Below, in pieces: positions 52,776-63,917 of a stretch of DNA of 64,000 nucleotides. The translations under genes were made by a program, and so were the position numbers. The notes beneath the pieces are model-generated. The model saw only the letters and a program-made list of their open reading frames with translations, was not told the origin of the DNA and ran no database searches. Position 1 is the first letter of the stretch. The number at the start of each line of letters is the position of its first letter. Source of the stretch: a bacterium (lineage in GTDB: Bacteria; Fidelibacterota; Fidelibacteria; Fidelibacterales; Fidelibacteraceae); NCBI GenBank assembly GCA_963676395.1, contig OY781066.1:416001-480000 (forward strand), written 5' to 3'.

Positions 52776-53753
52776 TTATTTAATGTCTTTCATGTACGCG
52801 GAAATATCCATTCCGAATCGTAATCCCAAATTGTCGAGCTTAGCGACTAATTCATTCAATGATTTACGACCAAAGTTCTTATAACGAAGCATTTCCTGTT
52901 CTTCTTTAACAACCAAATCAGCAATACTGCGGATATCAGCTGCTTGAAGACAATTGTATGAACGAACTGATAATTCGAGTTCATCAATACTACGCATAAG
53001 TTGTTTACGTATACGCAAAATTTCTTCATCAACCTGTTCTTCAGGTTCAATGATATTTTTGGTTTTAAGTTCTGAGAAAGGACTTAAGTGATTAACCATC
53101 ATATCAGCTGCGTATGATAAAGCATTATCCGGAGTCATTGAACTGTCCGTAAAGATCTCTAAAGTCAATTTTTCCAAATCTTCTTTTATACCAGATTGAA
53201 GTTTTTCAACATCGAAGTTGACTTTCAAAATAGGTGAAAAGATTGAATCGACTGGGATCGTATCAACGGGAGCATCGGGTGTACGGTTTTTTTCTGCCGG
53301 AGCATAACCGCGACCACGGCCGAACCACAATGTTACATTAATCTCTTTATCTTCCTGAATATTCATAATATGGAAGCTAGGATTCATAATCTTAACATTA
53401 GGATTATCACCGTTTAGATCTTTAGCTTTAATTTCTTTTGGACCATTCAGTTTTAAGCTCACTTTGACAGGTTTTGCTTCTACAAGATCTAATTTAACCT
53501 GTTTCAGGTTAAGAATAATTGTAGTAACATCTTCCAAAACACCTTCGATTGTAGAGAATTCATGAAGAACCCCTTCGAAACGAACAGCTGTGATAGCACA
53601 ACCTGGAATGGAAGAAAGCATGATGCGACGAAGCGCATTACCGGTCGTCGTACCAAAACCGCGTTCTAGCGGTTCGATTGTGAATTTTCCGTAATTATCG
53701 GAATATGAATCTCGGTCTACTTTGATCTTATCTGGAATTTGAAAGTTAGGCAT
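52776..53753 (-). CDS. rpoA: RNA polymerase alpha subunit
   Basis: EPLERGFGTT.GNALRR, ELSVRSYNCL, NFGRKSL. Confidence 0.98.
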   Translation of the reverse strand: MPNFQIPDKIKVDRDSYSDNYGKFTIEPLERGFGTTTGNALRRIMLSSIPGCAITAVRFEGVLHEFSTIEGVLEDVTTIILNLKQVKLDLVEAKPVKVSLKLNGPKEIKAKDLNGDNPNVKIMNPSFHIMNIQEDKEINVTLWFGRGRGYAPAEKNRTPDAPVDTIPVDSIFSPILKVNFDVEKLQSGIKEDLEKLTLEIFTDSSMTPDNALSYAADMMVNHLSPFSELKTKNIIEPEEQVDEEILRIRKQLMRSIDELELSVRSYNCLQAADIRSIADLVVKEEQEMLRYKNFGRKSLNELVAKLDNLGLRFGMDISAYMKDIK

Positions 53754-53777
53754 AATTTCAATTCCTTTATTTTAATG

Positions 53778-54392
53778 TTATTTAGAATACAACTCAACTA
53801 CAAGCTGTTCGTTAAACTCTTCAGGAATTTCACTTCTTTCCGGAACTTCCTGAAATAAGCCAATTAATTTAGCTTTATCGATGGACATCCAAGGCAGAGT
53901 ATGATCTCCTTTGATACGCTTTACCGAATCAAGAATAAGAGGAATACGTTTGCTCTTGTCACGAACACGAATCTCGGTACCCTCTTTCACCTGAAATGAA
54001 GGAATATTAACCTTACGATTATTTACGAGAAAGTGACCGTGAGTCACAAGCTGACGAGCCGCACGACGTGTAGGAGCGAATCCCATACGATATACGACGT
54101 TGTCCAAACGACATTCAAGCATCTGGATCAAAATATGACCCGTGATGCCTTCTTTAAGGTCAGCTTTTTTAAAATAATTTCTGAATTGTTTTTCTAAAAC
54201 ACCATAAGTGTATTTAATACGCTGTTTTTCACGCATTTGGATACCGTAATCAGAGAGACGGCGACGTGAATTTGGGCCGTGTTCACCGGGAGGATAGTTG
54301 TTTTTTTCGATCTTCGAAAATTTCGGAGACTCAAAAACGGGATAGTCCAAACGACGAACGACTTTGCCTCGAGGGCCTGTAAATCTAGCCAT
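53778..54392 (-). CDS. rpsD: 30S ribosomal protein S4
   Basis: MARFTGP, PPGEHG, RLDNVVYRMG. Confidence 0.98.
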   Translation of the reverse strand: MARFTGPRGKVVRRLDYPVFESPKFSKIEKNNYPPGEHGPNSRRRLSDYGIQMREKQRIKYTYGVLEKQFRNYFKKADLKEGITGHILIQMLECRLDNVVYRMGFAPTRRAARQLVTHGHFLVNNRKVNIPSFQVKEGTEIRVRDKSKRIPLILDSVKRIKGDHTLPWMSIDKAKLIGLFQEVPERSEIPEEFNEQLVVELYSK

Positions 54393-54403
54393 TATATATA
54401 CTC

Positions 54404-54796
54404 CTAAACTCTGCGACGTTTTGGTGGTCTACATCCGTTATGCGGGATGGGTGTTACATCTTTGATTGCAGTTACTTGCAATCCTGCAATAGACAGGGCA
54501 CGAATAGCCATTTCACGGCCTCCACCCGGTCCTTTAACTCTTACTTCCACGCGAACCAAACCTGCATCCATAGCCTCTTTTGCGGCAACTTCTGCAGCTT
54601 GACCGGCTGCATAGGGAGTGCTCTTACGAGAACCCTTGAAACCTACACGACCAGCGGTAGCCCATGCAATGGTATTACCATATTGATCAGCGAGAGTAAT
54701 CACTGTATTATTGTAAGTGGCCTTGATGAACGCAATCCCTTCAGGATCTACCTTCACCTTTCTTTTCTTACGTCTAACTTGCTGTTTCTTAGCCAA
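54404..54796 (-). CDS. rpsK: 30S ribosomal protein S11
   Basis: [34 protein letters not shown] start. Confidence 0.98.
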   Translation of the reverse strand: MAKKQQVRRKKRKVKVDPEGIAFIKATYNNTVITLADQYGNTIAWATAGRVGFKGSRKSTPYAAGQAAEVAAKEAMDAGLVRVEVRVKGPGGGREMAIRALSIAGLQVTAIKDVTPIPHNGCRPPKRRRV

Positions 54797-54825
54797 TTTA
54801 ACCTCCTAAAGGAAGATATCAAATC

Positions 54826-55200
54826 TTAGGTTTTACGTTTTTTCTTTACTGCGGCTTTTTTCTTGCCTTTACGCGTACGTGAATTGTTCTTGGTATTCTG
54901 ACCACGAACGGGAAGTCCACGACGATGTCTTAGACCGCGGTAACAACCAATGTCCATCAATCGCTTGATATTCATGGTAGTTTCGGTACGTAAAGCACCT
55001 TCTACTTTGAAGTCGTCACCAATGACTTTACGGATCGCAGCTACCTGGTCGTCCGTAAGATCTTTAGTACGGATCTCAGAATCTACATTTGCGGCTTTCA
55101 AAATGTCCAATGCAAATGTACGGCCAATGCCATAAATGTAAGTCAATGAGATCTTGACCTTCTTATCTTTGGGTAAATCTACACCTGCTATACGAGCCAA
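54826..55200 (-). CDS. rpsM: 30S ribosomal protein S13
   Basis: [27 protein letters not shown] start. Confidence 0.98.
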   Translation of the reverse strand: MARIAGVDLPKDKKVKISLTYIYGIGRTFALDILKAANVDSEIRTKDLTDDQVAAIRKVIGDDFKVEGALRTETTMNIKRLMDIGCYRGLRHRRGLPVRGQNTKNNSRTRKGKKKAAVKKKRKT

Positions 55201-55214
55201 TGTTTACCTCCTCA

Positions 55215-55328
55215 TCAACCTTGACGTTGTTTGTGTTTCTTGTTCTGACAAATAACCCTGACTACGCCCTTGCGACGAATGATCTTACATTTATCACACA
55301 TCTTTTTAACTGATGCTCTTACTTTCAC
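55215..55328 (-). CDS. rpmJ: 50S ribosomal protein L36 (zinc-binding type), not in the ORF track
   Basis: Manual translation from [40 protein letters not shown]. Confidence 0.97.
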   Translation of the reverse strand: MKVRASVKKMCDKCKIIRRKGVVRVICQNKKHKQRQG

Positions 55329-55371
55329 AGTTTTTGTCCTTTTTTATCTGTTTTATACTTTTATTTCAGCA

Positions 55372-55590
55372 CTATTTGTATCGATATACAATGCGCCCGC
55401 GTGACAGATCATAAGGTGACAGTTCCAGGGAGACCTTGTCACCCGGTAGGATCTTGATGTAATGCATACGCATTTTCCCGGAAATATGGGCCAAAACCTC
55501 ATGCCCATTTTCGAGTTCTACTCTAAATGATGCATTTGGAAGAGTTTCCAATATTGTTCCGTCCACTTTGATCGATTTTTGTTTTGCCAT
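55372..55590 (-). CDS. infA: Translation initiation factor IF-1
   Basis: [30 protein letters not shown]. Confidence 0.98.
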   Translation of the reverse strand: MAKQKSIKVDGTILETLPNASFRVELENGHEVLAHISGKMRMHYIKILPGDKVSLELSPYDLSRGRIVYRYK

Positions 55591-55593
55591 CTT

Positions 55594-56346
55594 TTATTTG
55601 CCACTTGTTAAGATTAGGGGACCGTTTTTAGTGATCGCTACCACATGTTCGAAATGGGCGGATGGTTTACTGTCCCTTGTCACGATCGTCCAACCGTCAG
55701 ACAAAGTACGTACTCCGGCTTTACCCATATTCACCATCGGTTCAATGGCGATCACAAGTCCTTCTTTCAATACTATCCCCCGTCCCGCTTTTCCATAATT
55801 TGGGACCTGAGGATCTTCGTGCAGCCGCTGGCCAATACCATGTCCAACCAATTCACGGACTACTGAATAGCCCTGTGATTCGGCATAAACTTGTACGGCA
55901 TGGCCGATATCTGAAAGACGATTACCTACTTTAGCTTTCTCGATGCCAAGCATCAAGCATTGCTTTGTAACATCCATAAGTTTCTGTTTATCTTCGGAAA
56001 CCTCTCCTATTGCGTATGTGCGGGCATGATCTCCGTGATAACCGTTAAGAAACGCTCCGCAATCAAGACTTACAATATCTCCATCCTGGAAATATATATC
56101 CTTCGACGGAATACCGTGTACCACTTCTTCGTTACGTGAGATACAAAGTGTAGCTGGAAAACCGTTATACCCTTTAAATGAGGGGCTGGCGCCATGAGAG
56201 CGAATGAATTCTTCCGCCAACTTATCTAACTTCAAACTGTTCATTCCGGGTTTCATCCACTGCTCCATTTCACATAGAGTATCGTGAACTATTTTGCCGG
56301 CAGCTCGTAAGAGTTCGATTTGTTCAGTTGACTTGAGGTATATCAT
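55594..56346 (-). CDS. map: Type I methionine aminopeptidase
   Basis: NEEVVHGIP, GHGIG..LHEDP, AIEPM, SAHFEH. Confidence 0.97.
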   Translation of the reverse strand: MIYLKSTEQIELLRAAGKIVHDTLCEMEQWMKPGMNSLKLDKLAEEFIRSHGASPSFKGYNGFPATLCISRNEEVVHGIPSKDIYFQDGDIVSLDCGAFLNGYHGDHARTYAIGEVSEDKQKLMDVTKQCLMLGIEKAKVGNRLSDIGHAVQVYAESQGYSVVRELVGHGIGQRLHEDPQVPNYGKAGRGIVLKEGLVIAIEPMVNMGKAGVRTLSDGWTIVTRDSKPSAHFEHVVAITKNGPLILTSGK

Positions 56347-56367
56347 CTTTCTAACTTTTCAATTAAC

Positions 56368-57687
56368 CTAGAATCTGCTTCGACCTTTGATCTTACCTTT
56401 TTTCATAAAGCCATCATAATGACGAGAGATCAGGTGCGATTCGATCTGCTGCAATGTATCCAAAGCAACACCAACGAGAATGATCACCGAAGTTCCGCCA
56501 AAAAAGCTTGCAAGGTTGTAATCAATGTTCAAAACTTTCATTAATACATAAGGTAAAATTGCCACAACCGCCAGCATGATTGCGCCGGGCAACGTTATTC
56601 TTGTAATGATATTATCCAAATATTCGGCAGTCTTTCTTCCTGGACGAATACCGGGGATAAATCCTCCGTTCTTTTTCATATTATCAGCCACTTCTGTGGG
56701 ATTAAATGAAAGAGCGGTATAAAAATATGCAAAAAGAATGATGATGATCGAATAGATAACCCAATATGGCCAGTTATCCACAGTAAACCAACCGCGGTTC
56801 AACCATTCAACATCTTTAAATAACATACCGATTGAATTCGGAATGAACACAATGGTCTGAGCAAAGATGATGGGCATAACACCGGATGAGTTAACACGCA
56901 AAGGAATGTGTGTTGACTGTCCGCCGTATACTTTTCGACCAACAACTTTTTTGGCATATTGTACAGGGATCTTACGAACACCCTGAGTTAGATAGACAAC
57001 AAAACCGATCACTAGCACAAGGATAACGATCAGAATAATCTCTACCAATAGATCTCTAGCTCCGGCACGAAGCATAGTGACCTCATTTGATATGGTTGCT
57101 GGTAGTCTGGAAATAATGTTGATCGTAATAATCAATGAAATACCATTACCAATACCACGATCGGTAATTTGTTCACCTAACCACATCAACAACATTGTTC
57201 CTGTAACCAGAGCAACCACTGTCATCATGATAAAACCGAATCCCGGATAAGCTACAACGCTTTGACCAGCCGACTGGAGTCTCTGCAAATAATTTGCAAC
57301 AGCCCAAGCCTGCATAGCGGCAAGAAATACGGTACCGTAACGAGTGATCTGTGTGATCTTACGTCGCCCGGCTTCGCCTTCGTTTCTCAAGCGTTGGAAG
57401 TAAGGGAATACGCTACCAAGCAGTGTAATGATAATGCTGGTGGAGATGTACGGCATAATACCGAGTGCAAAAACGGTTGCTTTCTTGAAAGCACCGCCAG
57501 CAAACATATCCCACAAGCCAAGCAGTGTATTGTCCATTCCGGATGCAGCAGCAGCCAATAGTTTGGTATCAATTCCGGGTAAAGGAATATGAGCACCAAC
57601 ACGGGCTAAGAAAAGAACAAATAGCGTAAAAAGAATACGCTGTCTTAGTTCTTGGATCTTGAACATGGAACGAACAGATTGCATCAT
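56368..57687 (-). CDS. secY: Preprotein translocase SecY
   Basis: ALGIMPYI, WLGEQIT..GIGNGISL, IPGIRPG, FGGTS. Confidence 0.98.
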   Translation of the reverse strand: MMQSVRSMFKIQELRQRILFTLFVLFLARVGAHIPLPGIDTKLLAAAASGMDNTLLGLWDMFAGGAFKKATVFALGIMPYISTSIIITLLGSVFPYFQRLRNEGEAGRRKITQITRYGTVFLAAMQAWAVANYLQRLQSAGQSVVAYPGFGFIMMTVVALVTGTMLLMWLGEQITDRGIGNGISLIITINIISRLPATISNEVTMLRAGARDLLVEIILIVILVLVIGFVVYLTQGVRKIPVQYAKKVVGRKVYGGQSTHIPLRVNSSGVMPIIFAQTIVFIPNSIGMLFKDVEWLNRGWFTVDNWPYWVIYSIIIILFAYFYTALSFNPTEVADNMKKNGGFIPGIRPGRKTAEYLDNIITRITLPGAIMLAVVAILPYVLMKVLNIDYNLASFFGGTSVIILVGVALDTLQQIESHLISRHYDGFMKKGKIKGRSRF

Positions 57688-58130
57688 AATACTATAGCCT
57701 TTCCACCTGCTTTTTCGATCTTTTCTTTAGCAGTTTCGCTGAATGCATCCGCAGTGATTTCCATTGCTTTAGTCATTTCACCGTATGCGAGGATCTTTAC
57801 AGGTATATTCAGTTTCTTGATCAGTCCGAATTTTTTCAATGTTTCAGCATTGACCGTTTTAACATCTTCAAGCAAGTTTAATTCTTGAAGATTAACGATC
57901 TGATATTCTTGACGGAAGCGTTTGTTTGAAAATCCGCGTTTAGGTGTACGACGCTGTAAAGGCATCTGACCACCCTCAAACCAAGGGCGATGCTTTGAAC
58001 CTGAGCGAGATTTCTGGCCGTTCATACCACGCGCTGCGGTTGTACCCCAACCGGAACCCGGTCCACGACCAATTCGCTTTGTCTTTTTAACTTTTGCACC
58101 TTTTGCAGGTGTTAATTTAGATAGACTCAT
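57684..58130 (-). CDS. rplO: 50S ribosomal protein L15
   Basis: RIGRGPGSG, FEGGQMPL. Confidence 0.98.
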   Translation of the reverse strand: MSLSKLTPAKGAKVKKTKRIGRGPGSGWGTTAARGMNGQKSRSGSKHRPWFEGGQMPLQRRTPKRGFSNKRFRQEYQIVNLQELNLLEDVKTVNAETLKKFGLIKKLNIPVKILAYGEMTKAMEITADAFSETAKEKIEKAGGKAIVL

Positions 58131-58324
58131 TATACTTCCTCCACTTTTAATAGATGAGGAATTTTATTGATCATACCACGAACAGAAGGATTATCGGGCA
58201 ATACGACAGTTTTATGCATTTTGCCAAGACCCAAAGCTTCAATAGTGAGACGAGTCTTTTCACGATAACCGATCGTGCTTTTAATCTGTGTGATCTGAAG
58301 TTTTGCTTCTTTTTTCTTTGCCAT
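58130..58324 (-). CDS. rpmD: 50S ribosomal protein L30
   Basis: ITQIKSTIG, LGLGKMH, RGMINKIPHL; start moved to ATG 58324. Confidence 0.95.
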   Translation of the reverse strand: MAKKKEAKLQITQIKSTIGYREKTRLTIEALGLGKMHKTVVLPDNPSVRGMINKIPHLLKVEEV

Positions 58325-58325
58325 T

Positions 58326-58829
58326 TTAATTAAAAACCTCCTCAATCGTCACACCGCGTCTTTTTGCAACCATGTAAGCATCTTCGAGTAATTCCAAAGC
58401 GCGCATAGTAGCTTTAACAACGTTATGTGAGTTTGCAGAACCGATAGATTTGGCAAGAATGTCTTTAACTCCAACCTGTTCCATGATAGCACGAACAGGA
58501 CCACCGGCGATAATACCGGTACCGGGAGAAGCCGGTTTGAGCAAGACTTTAGCCGCACCATATTTGGCTGTGATCTCAAAGGGAATGGTTCCGTTTATTA
58601 CAGGCACGCGAATAAGGTTTTTCTTTGCGTCTTCACGTCCTTTATTGATCGCGTCAGTTACTTGGTTTGATTTACCAAGGCCGATTCCAACATGGCCCTT
58701 TGAATCACCGATCGCAACAATAGCGTTGAAACGAAAACGGCGACCACCGGTAACCACCTTAGCGACGCGATTCAGCTTGATTAATTTGCCTTCACTCAAT
58801 TCGAGTTCAGCTGGATTAATTGATCTCAA
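58326..58829 (-). CDS. rpsE: 30S ribosomal protein S5
   Basis: [29 protein letters not shown] start. Confidence 0.98.
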   Translation of the reverse strand: MRSINPAELELSEGKLIKLNRVAKVVTGGRRFRFNAIVAIGDSKGHVGIGLGKSNQVTDAINKGREDAKKNLIRVPVINGTIPFEITAKYGAAKVLLKPASPGTGIIAGGPVRAIMEQVGVKDILAKSIGSANSHNVVKATMRALELLEDAYMVAKRRGVTIEEVFN

Positions 58830-58844
58830 TGCGTTACTCCTTTG

Positions 58845-59216
58845 TTAGAATTCTAAACCGTTTTTACGGCATGCGTCGGCTAAAGCCTGAACGCGGCCGT
58901 GGTAGATGAAACCATTACGATCAAAAACTACAGATGTAATACCTTTAGCTTTTGCTTTTTCCGCAATGGCCTGACCAACACCTTCACTCAATTCAGTCTT
59001 TGACTTGCCTTTAAGGCTTTCACGAAGGTCTTTAGCATATGATGATGCTGAGCAGATTACTTCATGAGTATCGTCATTCACGATTTGAGCAGACATGTGC
59101 ATATTACTTCTATACACAACGAGGCGAGGTCTAGCGGCTGTCCCGGAGAAACGTTTTCTGATACGGGTCTTTTTCTTGATCCGTGCGTCTCGTTTTAATT
59201 TACTTTTACTTTTCAT
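58845..59216 (-). CDS. rplR: 50S ribosomal protein L18
   Basis: RPRLVVYRSN, VVFDRNGFIYHGRV. Confidence 0.98.
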   Translation of the reverse strand: MKSKSKLKRDARIKKKTRIRKRFSGTAARPRLVVYRSNMHMSAQIVNDDTHEVICSASSYAKDLRESLKGKSKTELSEGVGQAIAEKAKAKGITSVVFDRNGFIYHGRVQALADACRKNGLEF

Positions 59217-59250
59217 TATTGATCCTTTTTCAAATTGGCGCTATTGCTTA

Positions 59251-59793
59251 TTAAGCACCGCCGGCAGCTTTACCGGCCTTACGCTGAATTTGTTCACCCA
59301 CATAACGAACACCCTTACCTTTATAAGGTTCAGGTTTGCGTAATTTGCGGATCTGAGCGGCAACTTCGCCGACCAGTTGTTTATCAATACCATTAACTTT
59401 AATAATGTCACGCTGCATACTGAATTCAATACCTTCAGGAGCGTCCATCAAGATCTGATGTGAGTAACCAAGTGAAAGAAGCAAGCGTTTGTTAGCTCTA
59501 ACTTCACCCTGGTAACCAACGCCAACAATCTGCAAAGCGATCTCATAACCATTTATTACGCCTTCTATCATATTGGCGATAAGGGCACGAGTCAAACCAT
59601 GCAAAGCACGAAATTTCTTTTCGTCGTTTGGACGTTCAACAACAACTTGATTTTCTTCAACTTTGACTGAAATACCTTCAGCGAAGGATTGACTAAGTTC
59701 CCCTTTGGAACCTTTTACAGTAATGACATTATCTTTAACGTCTACCGTTACACCGGCTGGTATATCGATAGGTTTTTTTCCGACTCTCGACAT
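59251..59793 (-). CDS. rplF: 50S ribosomal protein L6
   Basis: MSRVGKKP, PEPYKGKGVRY. Confidence 0.98.
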   Translation of the reverse strand: MSRVGKKPIDIPAGVTVDVKDNVITVKGSKGELSQSFAEGISVKVEENQVVVERPNDEKKFRALHGLTRALIANMIEGVINGYEIALQIVGVGYQGEVRANKRLLLSLGYSHQILMDAPEGIEFSMQRDIIKVNGIDKQLVGEVAAQIRKLRKPEPYKGKGVRYVGEQIQRKAGKAAGGA

Positions 59794-59805
59794 ATCAATC
59801 CTTTC

Positions 59806-60201
59806 TTACCAAATCTTACATAGATATTCGCCGCCGACCTGCATCTTGCGAGCATCTTTATCGGTGATAACACCGTGAGATGTTGACAGGATACCGATAC
59901 CTAAACCATTGTTTACACGGGGGATATCTGTACTTTTAACATACATTCTACGACCGGGTTTACTAACTCGTTCGAGAGTGTAAATCACAGGACGTCCGTC
60001 TTCCTGATATTTCAGGTATAAACGGAGCATTCCTTGTTTACCATCTTCGATCAAGATAAAATCCTTAATGTAACCCTTTTCCTTGAGCACAAGAGATATC
60101 CTGGCTTTCAATTTTGAAGCCGGGATCTCTACCCAGGGATGTCCTGCTTTAGACGCGTTTCTAATACGTGTCAAAAAATCTGCAATGGGATCTGTTACCA
60201 T
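59806..60201 (-). CDS. rpsH: 30S ribosomal protein S8
   Basis: TDPIADFLTRIRN, SKPGRRMY, VGGE. Confidence 0.98.
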   Translation of the reverse strand: MVTDPIADFLTRIRNASKAGHPWVEIPASKLKARISLVLKEKGYIKDFILIEDGKQGMLRLYLKYQEDGRPVIYTLERVSKPGRRMYVKSTDIPRVNNGLGIGILSTSHGVITDKDARKMQVGGEYLCKIW

Positions 60202-60214
60202 TTTTTACCTCTTT

Positions 60215-60400
60215 TTACCAACTTGCCTTTGTTACACCGGGAATTTCACCCCTTAAAGCCAGTTCACGAAAACAGATTCGGCAAAGGCCGAATTTTCTGT
60301 ACACGGATTTTGGACGACCGCAACGTGAGCAGCGGGTGTACTTCCGTGATGAGAACTTGGGTTCGCGCTTAGCTTTAGCAATTAATGATTTTTTTGCCAT
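60215..60400 (-). CDS. rpsN: 30S ribosomal protein S14, zinc-binding type Z
   Basis: [26 protein letters not shown]. Confidence 0.98.
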   Translation of the reverse strand: MAKKSLIAKAKREPKFSSRKYTRCSRCGRPKSVYRKFGLCRICFRELALRGEIPGVTKASW

Positions 60401-60414
60401 AACAACACTTTTCC

Positions 60415-60975
60415 TTATTTTTCGTCACGTCTTACAAAGGGGAAACCAAAACCTTTCAGCAATTCATGTGCTTCCTGGTCTGTGTTTGCCGTTGTAGTAA
60501 ACGTAACATTCATTCCGCGAACAACGTCAACTTTATCGTAATCAATTTCAGGGAAGATGATCTGTTCGGTAATACCGATAGAATAGTTTCCCTGACCGTC
60601 GAAGGCTTTATCCGATAGGCCGTTGAAGTCACGCACACGCGGTAACGCAACATTGATGAATCTGTTTAAAAATTCATACATATTGACATCACGGAGGGTG
60701 ACCATAAGACCAACAGGATCGCCTTTACGGATCTTGAAGTTCGAAATAGCTTTCTTCGCATAGGTTATCACCGGTTTTTGACCGGCAATTGTTGTTAGAT
60801 CATTCAGAGCATTTTCCAATATGCTTTTGTCATCACGAGCATTGCCTAAGCCGATGCTTAATGTGATTTTTGTAAGCTTTGGAACCTGCATCACATTCTT
60901 ATACCCGAAGGTTTTAATAAGAGCTGGTGTGATCTCTTCTTTAAATTTCTTGTGTAATGATGGGATATTGCTCAT
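60415..60975 (-). CDS. rplE: 50S ribosomal protein L5
   Basis: [23 protein letters not shown]; start moved to ATG 60975 to avoid overlap with rplX. Confidence 0.97.
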   Translation of the reverse strand: MSNIPSLHKKFKEEITPALIKTFGYKNVMQVPKLTKITLSIGLGNARDDKSILENALNDLTTIAGQKPVITYAKKAISNFKIRKGDPVGLMVTLRDVNMYEFLNRFINVALPRVRDFNGLSDKAFDGQGNYSIGITEQIIFPEIDYDKVDVVRGMNVTFTTTANTDQEAHELLKGFGFPFVRRDEK

Positions 60976-60977
60976 TC

Positions 60978-61289
60978 TTATTTCCCTTCCACAGTTTCGC
61001 CCGTTTTCTTGGAATAACGTACTTTTGAACCGTCTTTCAAAATACGATTTCCAATCCGGGTCGGCGTACCATTTACAATCAACATACAATTGGACGCATG
61101 GATTGCGGCTTCTTTTTCAATAATGCCGCCTTGAGGATTTTGCTGACTGGGACGGGTAGCGCGTTTTACAAGGTTTACACCTTCGACGATCACGCGATTT
61201 TTATCAAGAAAGATCTTAAGAACCTTTCCTTCTTTACCCTTGTATTTGCCGGCAATAATCTTTACTACATCACCTTTTTTGATATGCAC
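60978..61289 (-). CDS. rplX: 50S ribosomal protein L24
   Basis: [22 protein letters not shown] motif; GTG start. Confidence 0.98.
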   Translation of the reverse strand: MHIKKGDVVKIIAGKYKGKEGKVLKIFLDKNRVIVEGVNLVKRATRPSQQNPQGGIIEKEAAIHASNCMLIVNGTPTRIGNRILKDGSKVRYSKKTGETVEGK

Positions 61290-61300
61290 AGTTATTCTCC

Positions 61301-61669
61301 TTACAGTACTTCAGGCGCCATTGACACGATCTTCATGTAATGCTTCTCGCGCAATTCACGAGCGACCGGGCCAAAAATACGAGTTCCCAGAGGTTCTCCC
61401 TGCGCGTTGATCAATACGACCGCATTATCGTCAAAACGAATATAAGATCCATCCTGACGGCCAACTTCTTTATTGGTACGAACAATGACAGCTTGTGAAA
61501 TATCACTCTTCTTAGCACTGCCACCCGGTATCGCTTGTTTTACTGTGACAACGATCACATCGCCAACACTCGCATAACGGCGACCGGTTCCGCCCAATAC
61601 CTTAATGCATTGAACAACTTTTGCACCTGTGTTGTCAGCAACTTTTAATTTACTTTCAACTTGAATCAT
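61301..61669 (-). CDS. rplN: 50S ribosomal protein L14
   Basis: [22 protein letters not shown]. Confidence 0.98.
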   Translation of the reverse strand: MIQVESKLKVADNTGAKVVQCIKVLGGTGRRYASVGDVIVVTVKQAIPGGSAKKSDISQAVIVRTNKEVGRQDGSYIRFDDNAVVLINAQGEPLGTRIFGPVARELREKHYMKIVSMAPEVL

Positions 61670-61695
61670 CGTTTATCTGCCTTTCAACTTTGATG

Positions 61696-61959
61696 CTATT
61701 TAGCGTCTGGTGCGTGATCAAGTATTTCATTGACCCGCCAACGCTTATTACGACTCATCGGGCGTGCTTCAACAATGGAAATGGTATCACCAATTCTGCA
61801 AGCATTCTCTTCATCATGAGCCATGAATTTCTGGCTCTGTGAGATGTACTTCCCATATACGGGATGTTTGATACGCAGGCTGACCTTTACGGTGACCGTT
61901 TTATCCATCTTGTTGCTTACAACAACACCGATTTTCTCTTTACGATTTTTATATGACAT
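61696..61959 (-). CDS. rpsQ: 30S ribosomal protein S17
   Basis: [22 protein letters not shown]. Confidence 0.98.
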   Translation of the reverse strand: MSYKNRKEKIGVVVSNKMDKTVTVKVSLRIKHPVYGKYISQSQKFMAHDEENACRIGDTISIVEARPMSRNKRWRVNEILDHAPDAK

Positions 61960-61973
61960 TTCTGAACTTCCTG

Positions 61974-62177
61974 TTATTTACGCAATCCGAGTTCATATTC
62001 ATGAAGAATTGTTTTCAGCTGAGCAACTTCCCTTTTCAAATATTTCATTTGACCGGGGTTTTCAAGCTGCTGTAGAGCGTGCTGGAAACGAAGATTCATC
62101 AATGCTTCTTCGTCATCACGTAATTTTACAATCACTTCATCTTTCGTTAATTCTTTTAATTCGGCTTTCGATAACAT
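61974..62177 (-). CDS. rpmC: 50S ribosomal protein L29
   Basis: LMNLRFQ..QLENP..VAQLKT; position between rplP and rpsQ. Confidence 0.95.
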   Translation of the reverse strand: MLSKAELKELTKDEVIVKLRDDEEALMNLRFQHALQQLENPGQMKYLKREVAQLKTILHEYELGLRK

Positions 62178-62181
62178 TTCA

Positions 62182-62601
62182 TTATCCTCCCAACTCGCGT
62201 CTTTTGACCATTTTAGCCTTGATGGGCAATTTGTGAGCGGCCAGACGGAAAGCTTCTTTTGCCATCTCTTCCGTTACACCTTCCACTTCGAATAGAATTC
62301 GACCGGGTTTAACCACAGCAACCCAGAACTCAGGTCCACCTTTACCTTTACCCTGACGGGTTTCAGCAGGTTTCTTTGATACTGGTTTGTCGGGGAAGAT
62401 ACGAATCCACATTTTACCGTGTTTACGAACGATACGTGATATGGCAACACGGGCGGCCTCAATCTGACGAGAAGTGATCCATGCAGCTTCGGTGGCTTTT
62501 AAACCATAATCACCAAAACTAACTGTTGAACCACGGTAAGCCAAACCTGTTCGGCGTCCGCGATGTTGTTTTCTGTATTTTACCTTTCTAGGCACTAACA
62601 T
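62182..62601 (-). CDS. rplP: 50S ribosomal protein L16
   Basis: [24 protein letters not shown]. Confidence 0.98.
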   Translation of the reverse strand: MLVPRKVKYRKQHRGRRTGLAYRGSTVSFGDYGLKATEAAWITSRQIEAARVAISRIVRKHGKMWIRIFPDKPVSKKPAETRQGKGKGGPEFWVAVVKPGRILFEVEGVTEEMAKEAFRLAAHKLPIKAKMVKRRELGG

Positions 62602-62619
62602 TGTCTAACTCCATTCCTG

Positions 62620-63249
62620 TTAGATTGTAGAGACTTCACCGTTGCAGATCCAAATCTTAATACCGATCGCACCGTATGTGGTGAACGCTGTTACTTCAGC
62701 ATAATCGATATCTGAACGCAGGGTATGCAATGGAACACGACCTTCGCGGGCTGTTTCCTTACGAGCCATTTCGGCACCGCCGAGACGACCTGACAATTGG
62801 ATACGAATACCTTCAGCTCCCTGACGCATAGTATTTTGAATGCTACGCTTCAATATACGGCGGAAAGGCATTTTTTTAACCAACTGCTGTGCAATATTCT
62901 CACCAACGAGATGCGCATTCAGTTCGGGTTTTTTGATTTCTACAACATTTACGTTTACGTCAAATTGGGTCAGCTTCCTGATCTCTTCACGTAACTGGTC
63001 AACTTCTTTACCTTTGGCTCCGATCACTACACCGGGACGCGATGTGTGAATCGTAATGGAGATCGCTTTTGATGTACGTTCAATTTCGATCTTAGCAACA
63101 CCGGCATTAGCCAGACGCTTTTTCAAATATTTACGAAGCATCAGATCTTCATTGAGTTTTGCAGCAAAATTGCGCTCATCATACCAGTTAGAGAGCCATT
63201 CCCTTGTTATACCAAGACGAAAACCATATGGATGTGTTTTTTGACCCAA
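62620..63249 (-). CDS. rpsC: 30S ribosomal protein S3
   Basis: GQKTHPYGFRLG, SGRLGGAEMAR, VPLHTLR; TTG start. Confidence 0.98.
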   Translation of the reverse strand: MGQKTHPYGFRLGITREWLSNWYDERNFAAKLNEDLMLRKYLKKRLANAGVAKIEIERTSKAISITIHTSRPGVVIGAKGKEVDQLREEIRKLTQFDVNVNVVEIKKPELNAHLVGENIAQQLVKKMPFRRILKRSIQNTMRQGAEGIRIQLSGRLGGAEMARKETAREGRVPLHTLRSDIDYAEVTAFTTYGAIGIKIWICNGEVSTI

Positions 63250-63252
63250 GGT

Positions 63253-63630
63253 TTACTCCTTCTCTTTCGTATCGGCGACAACTTCTTCTTCAAGAGTTGA
63301 CACTACGATCGTTAAATGACATGTGCGCTTGCGAATCATATAGGCACGCCCCATTGAACGCGGTTGGATTCGTTTCATAACCGGACCCTGATCCGCGTAA
63401 GCTTCGGCGATGATCAATTCGTCTGTGTTAACTTTTGCACCTTCTTCTGTATTCAAAAGATTTGAAACAGCTGAGCGTGTTGTCAACTCAACGATCTTCG
63501 CTGATTTTTTGGGCATGTATGCAAGCATATTCAAGACTGTGTTCACCTGTTTGCCACGGACCATGTCCAGCAAAGGCTTCATTTTCTTGGCACTATGTCT
63601 TATGTACTTATTTACTGCACGAGCTTTCAT
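63253..63630 (-). CDS. rplV: 50S ribosomal protein L22
   Basis: GPVMKRIQPRSMGRA..RKRTCH. Confidence 0.97.
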   Translation of the reverse strand: MKARAVNKYIRHSAKKMKPLLDMVRGKQVNTVLNMLAYMPKKSAKIVELTTRSAVSNLLNTEEGAKVNTDELIIAEAYADQGPVMKRIQPRSMGRAYMIRKRTCHLTIVVSTLEEEVVADTKEKE

Positions 63631-63647
63631 TATTTACCTACTCTTGT

Positions 63648-63905
63648 TTATGACTTATGTCCGCGGTATGTCCGCGTAGGTGAAAATTCGCCTAATTTAT
63701 GTCCGACCATATTTTCGGTGACATAAACCGGGATGAATTTTGTTCCGTTATGCACTGCAAAAGTGAAACCGACGAAATCAGGTAGTATTGTAGAACGACG
63801 TGACCAAGTTTTGATCACTTTCTTCTTCCCCGATTCCACCATTACATCAACTTTCTTTACCAGTGAAGCGTCGACATAAGGACCTTTTTTTAATGACCTA
63901 GGCAT
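63648..63905 (-). CDS. rpsS: 30S ribosomal protein S19
   Basis: [23 protein letters not shown]. Confidence 0.98.
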   Translation of the reverse strand: MPRSLKKGPYVDASLVKKVDVMVESGKKKVIKTWSRRSTILPDFVGFTFAVHNGTKFIPVYVTENMVGHKLGEFSPTRTYRGHKS

Positions 63906-63917
63906 ATGTATTCACCT

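Noticed and set aside
55594..57687. Absence of adk between secY and map
   Set aside because: secY-map-infA without adk is a normal arrangement in several lineages, including Bacteroidota.
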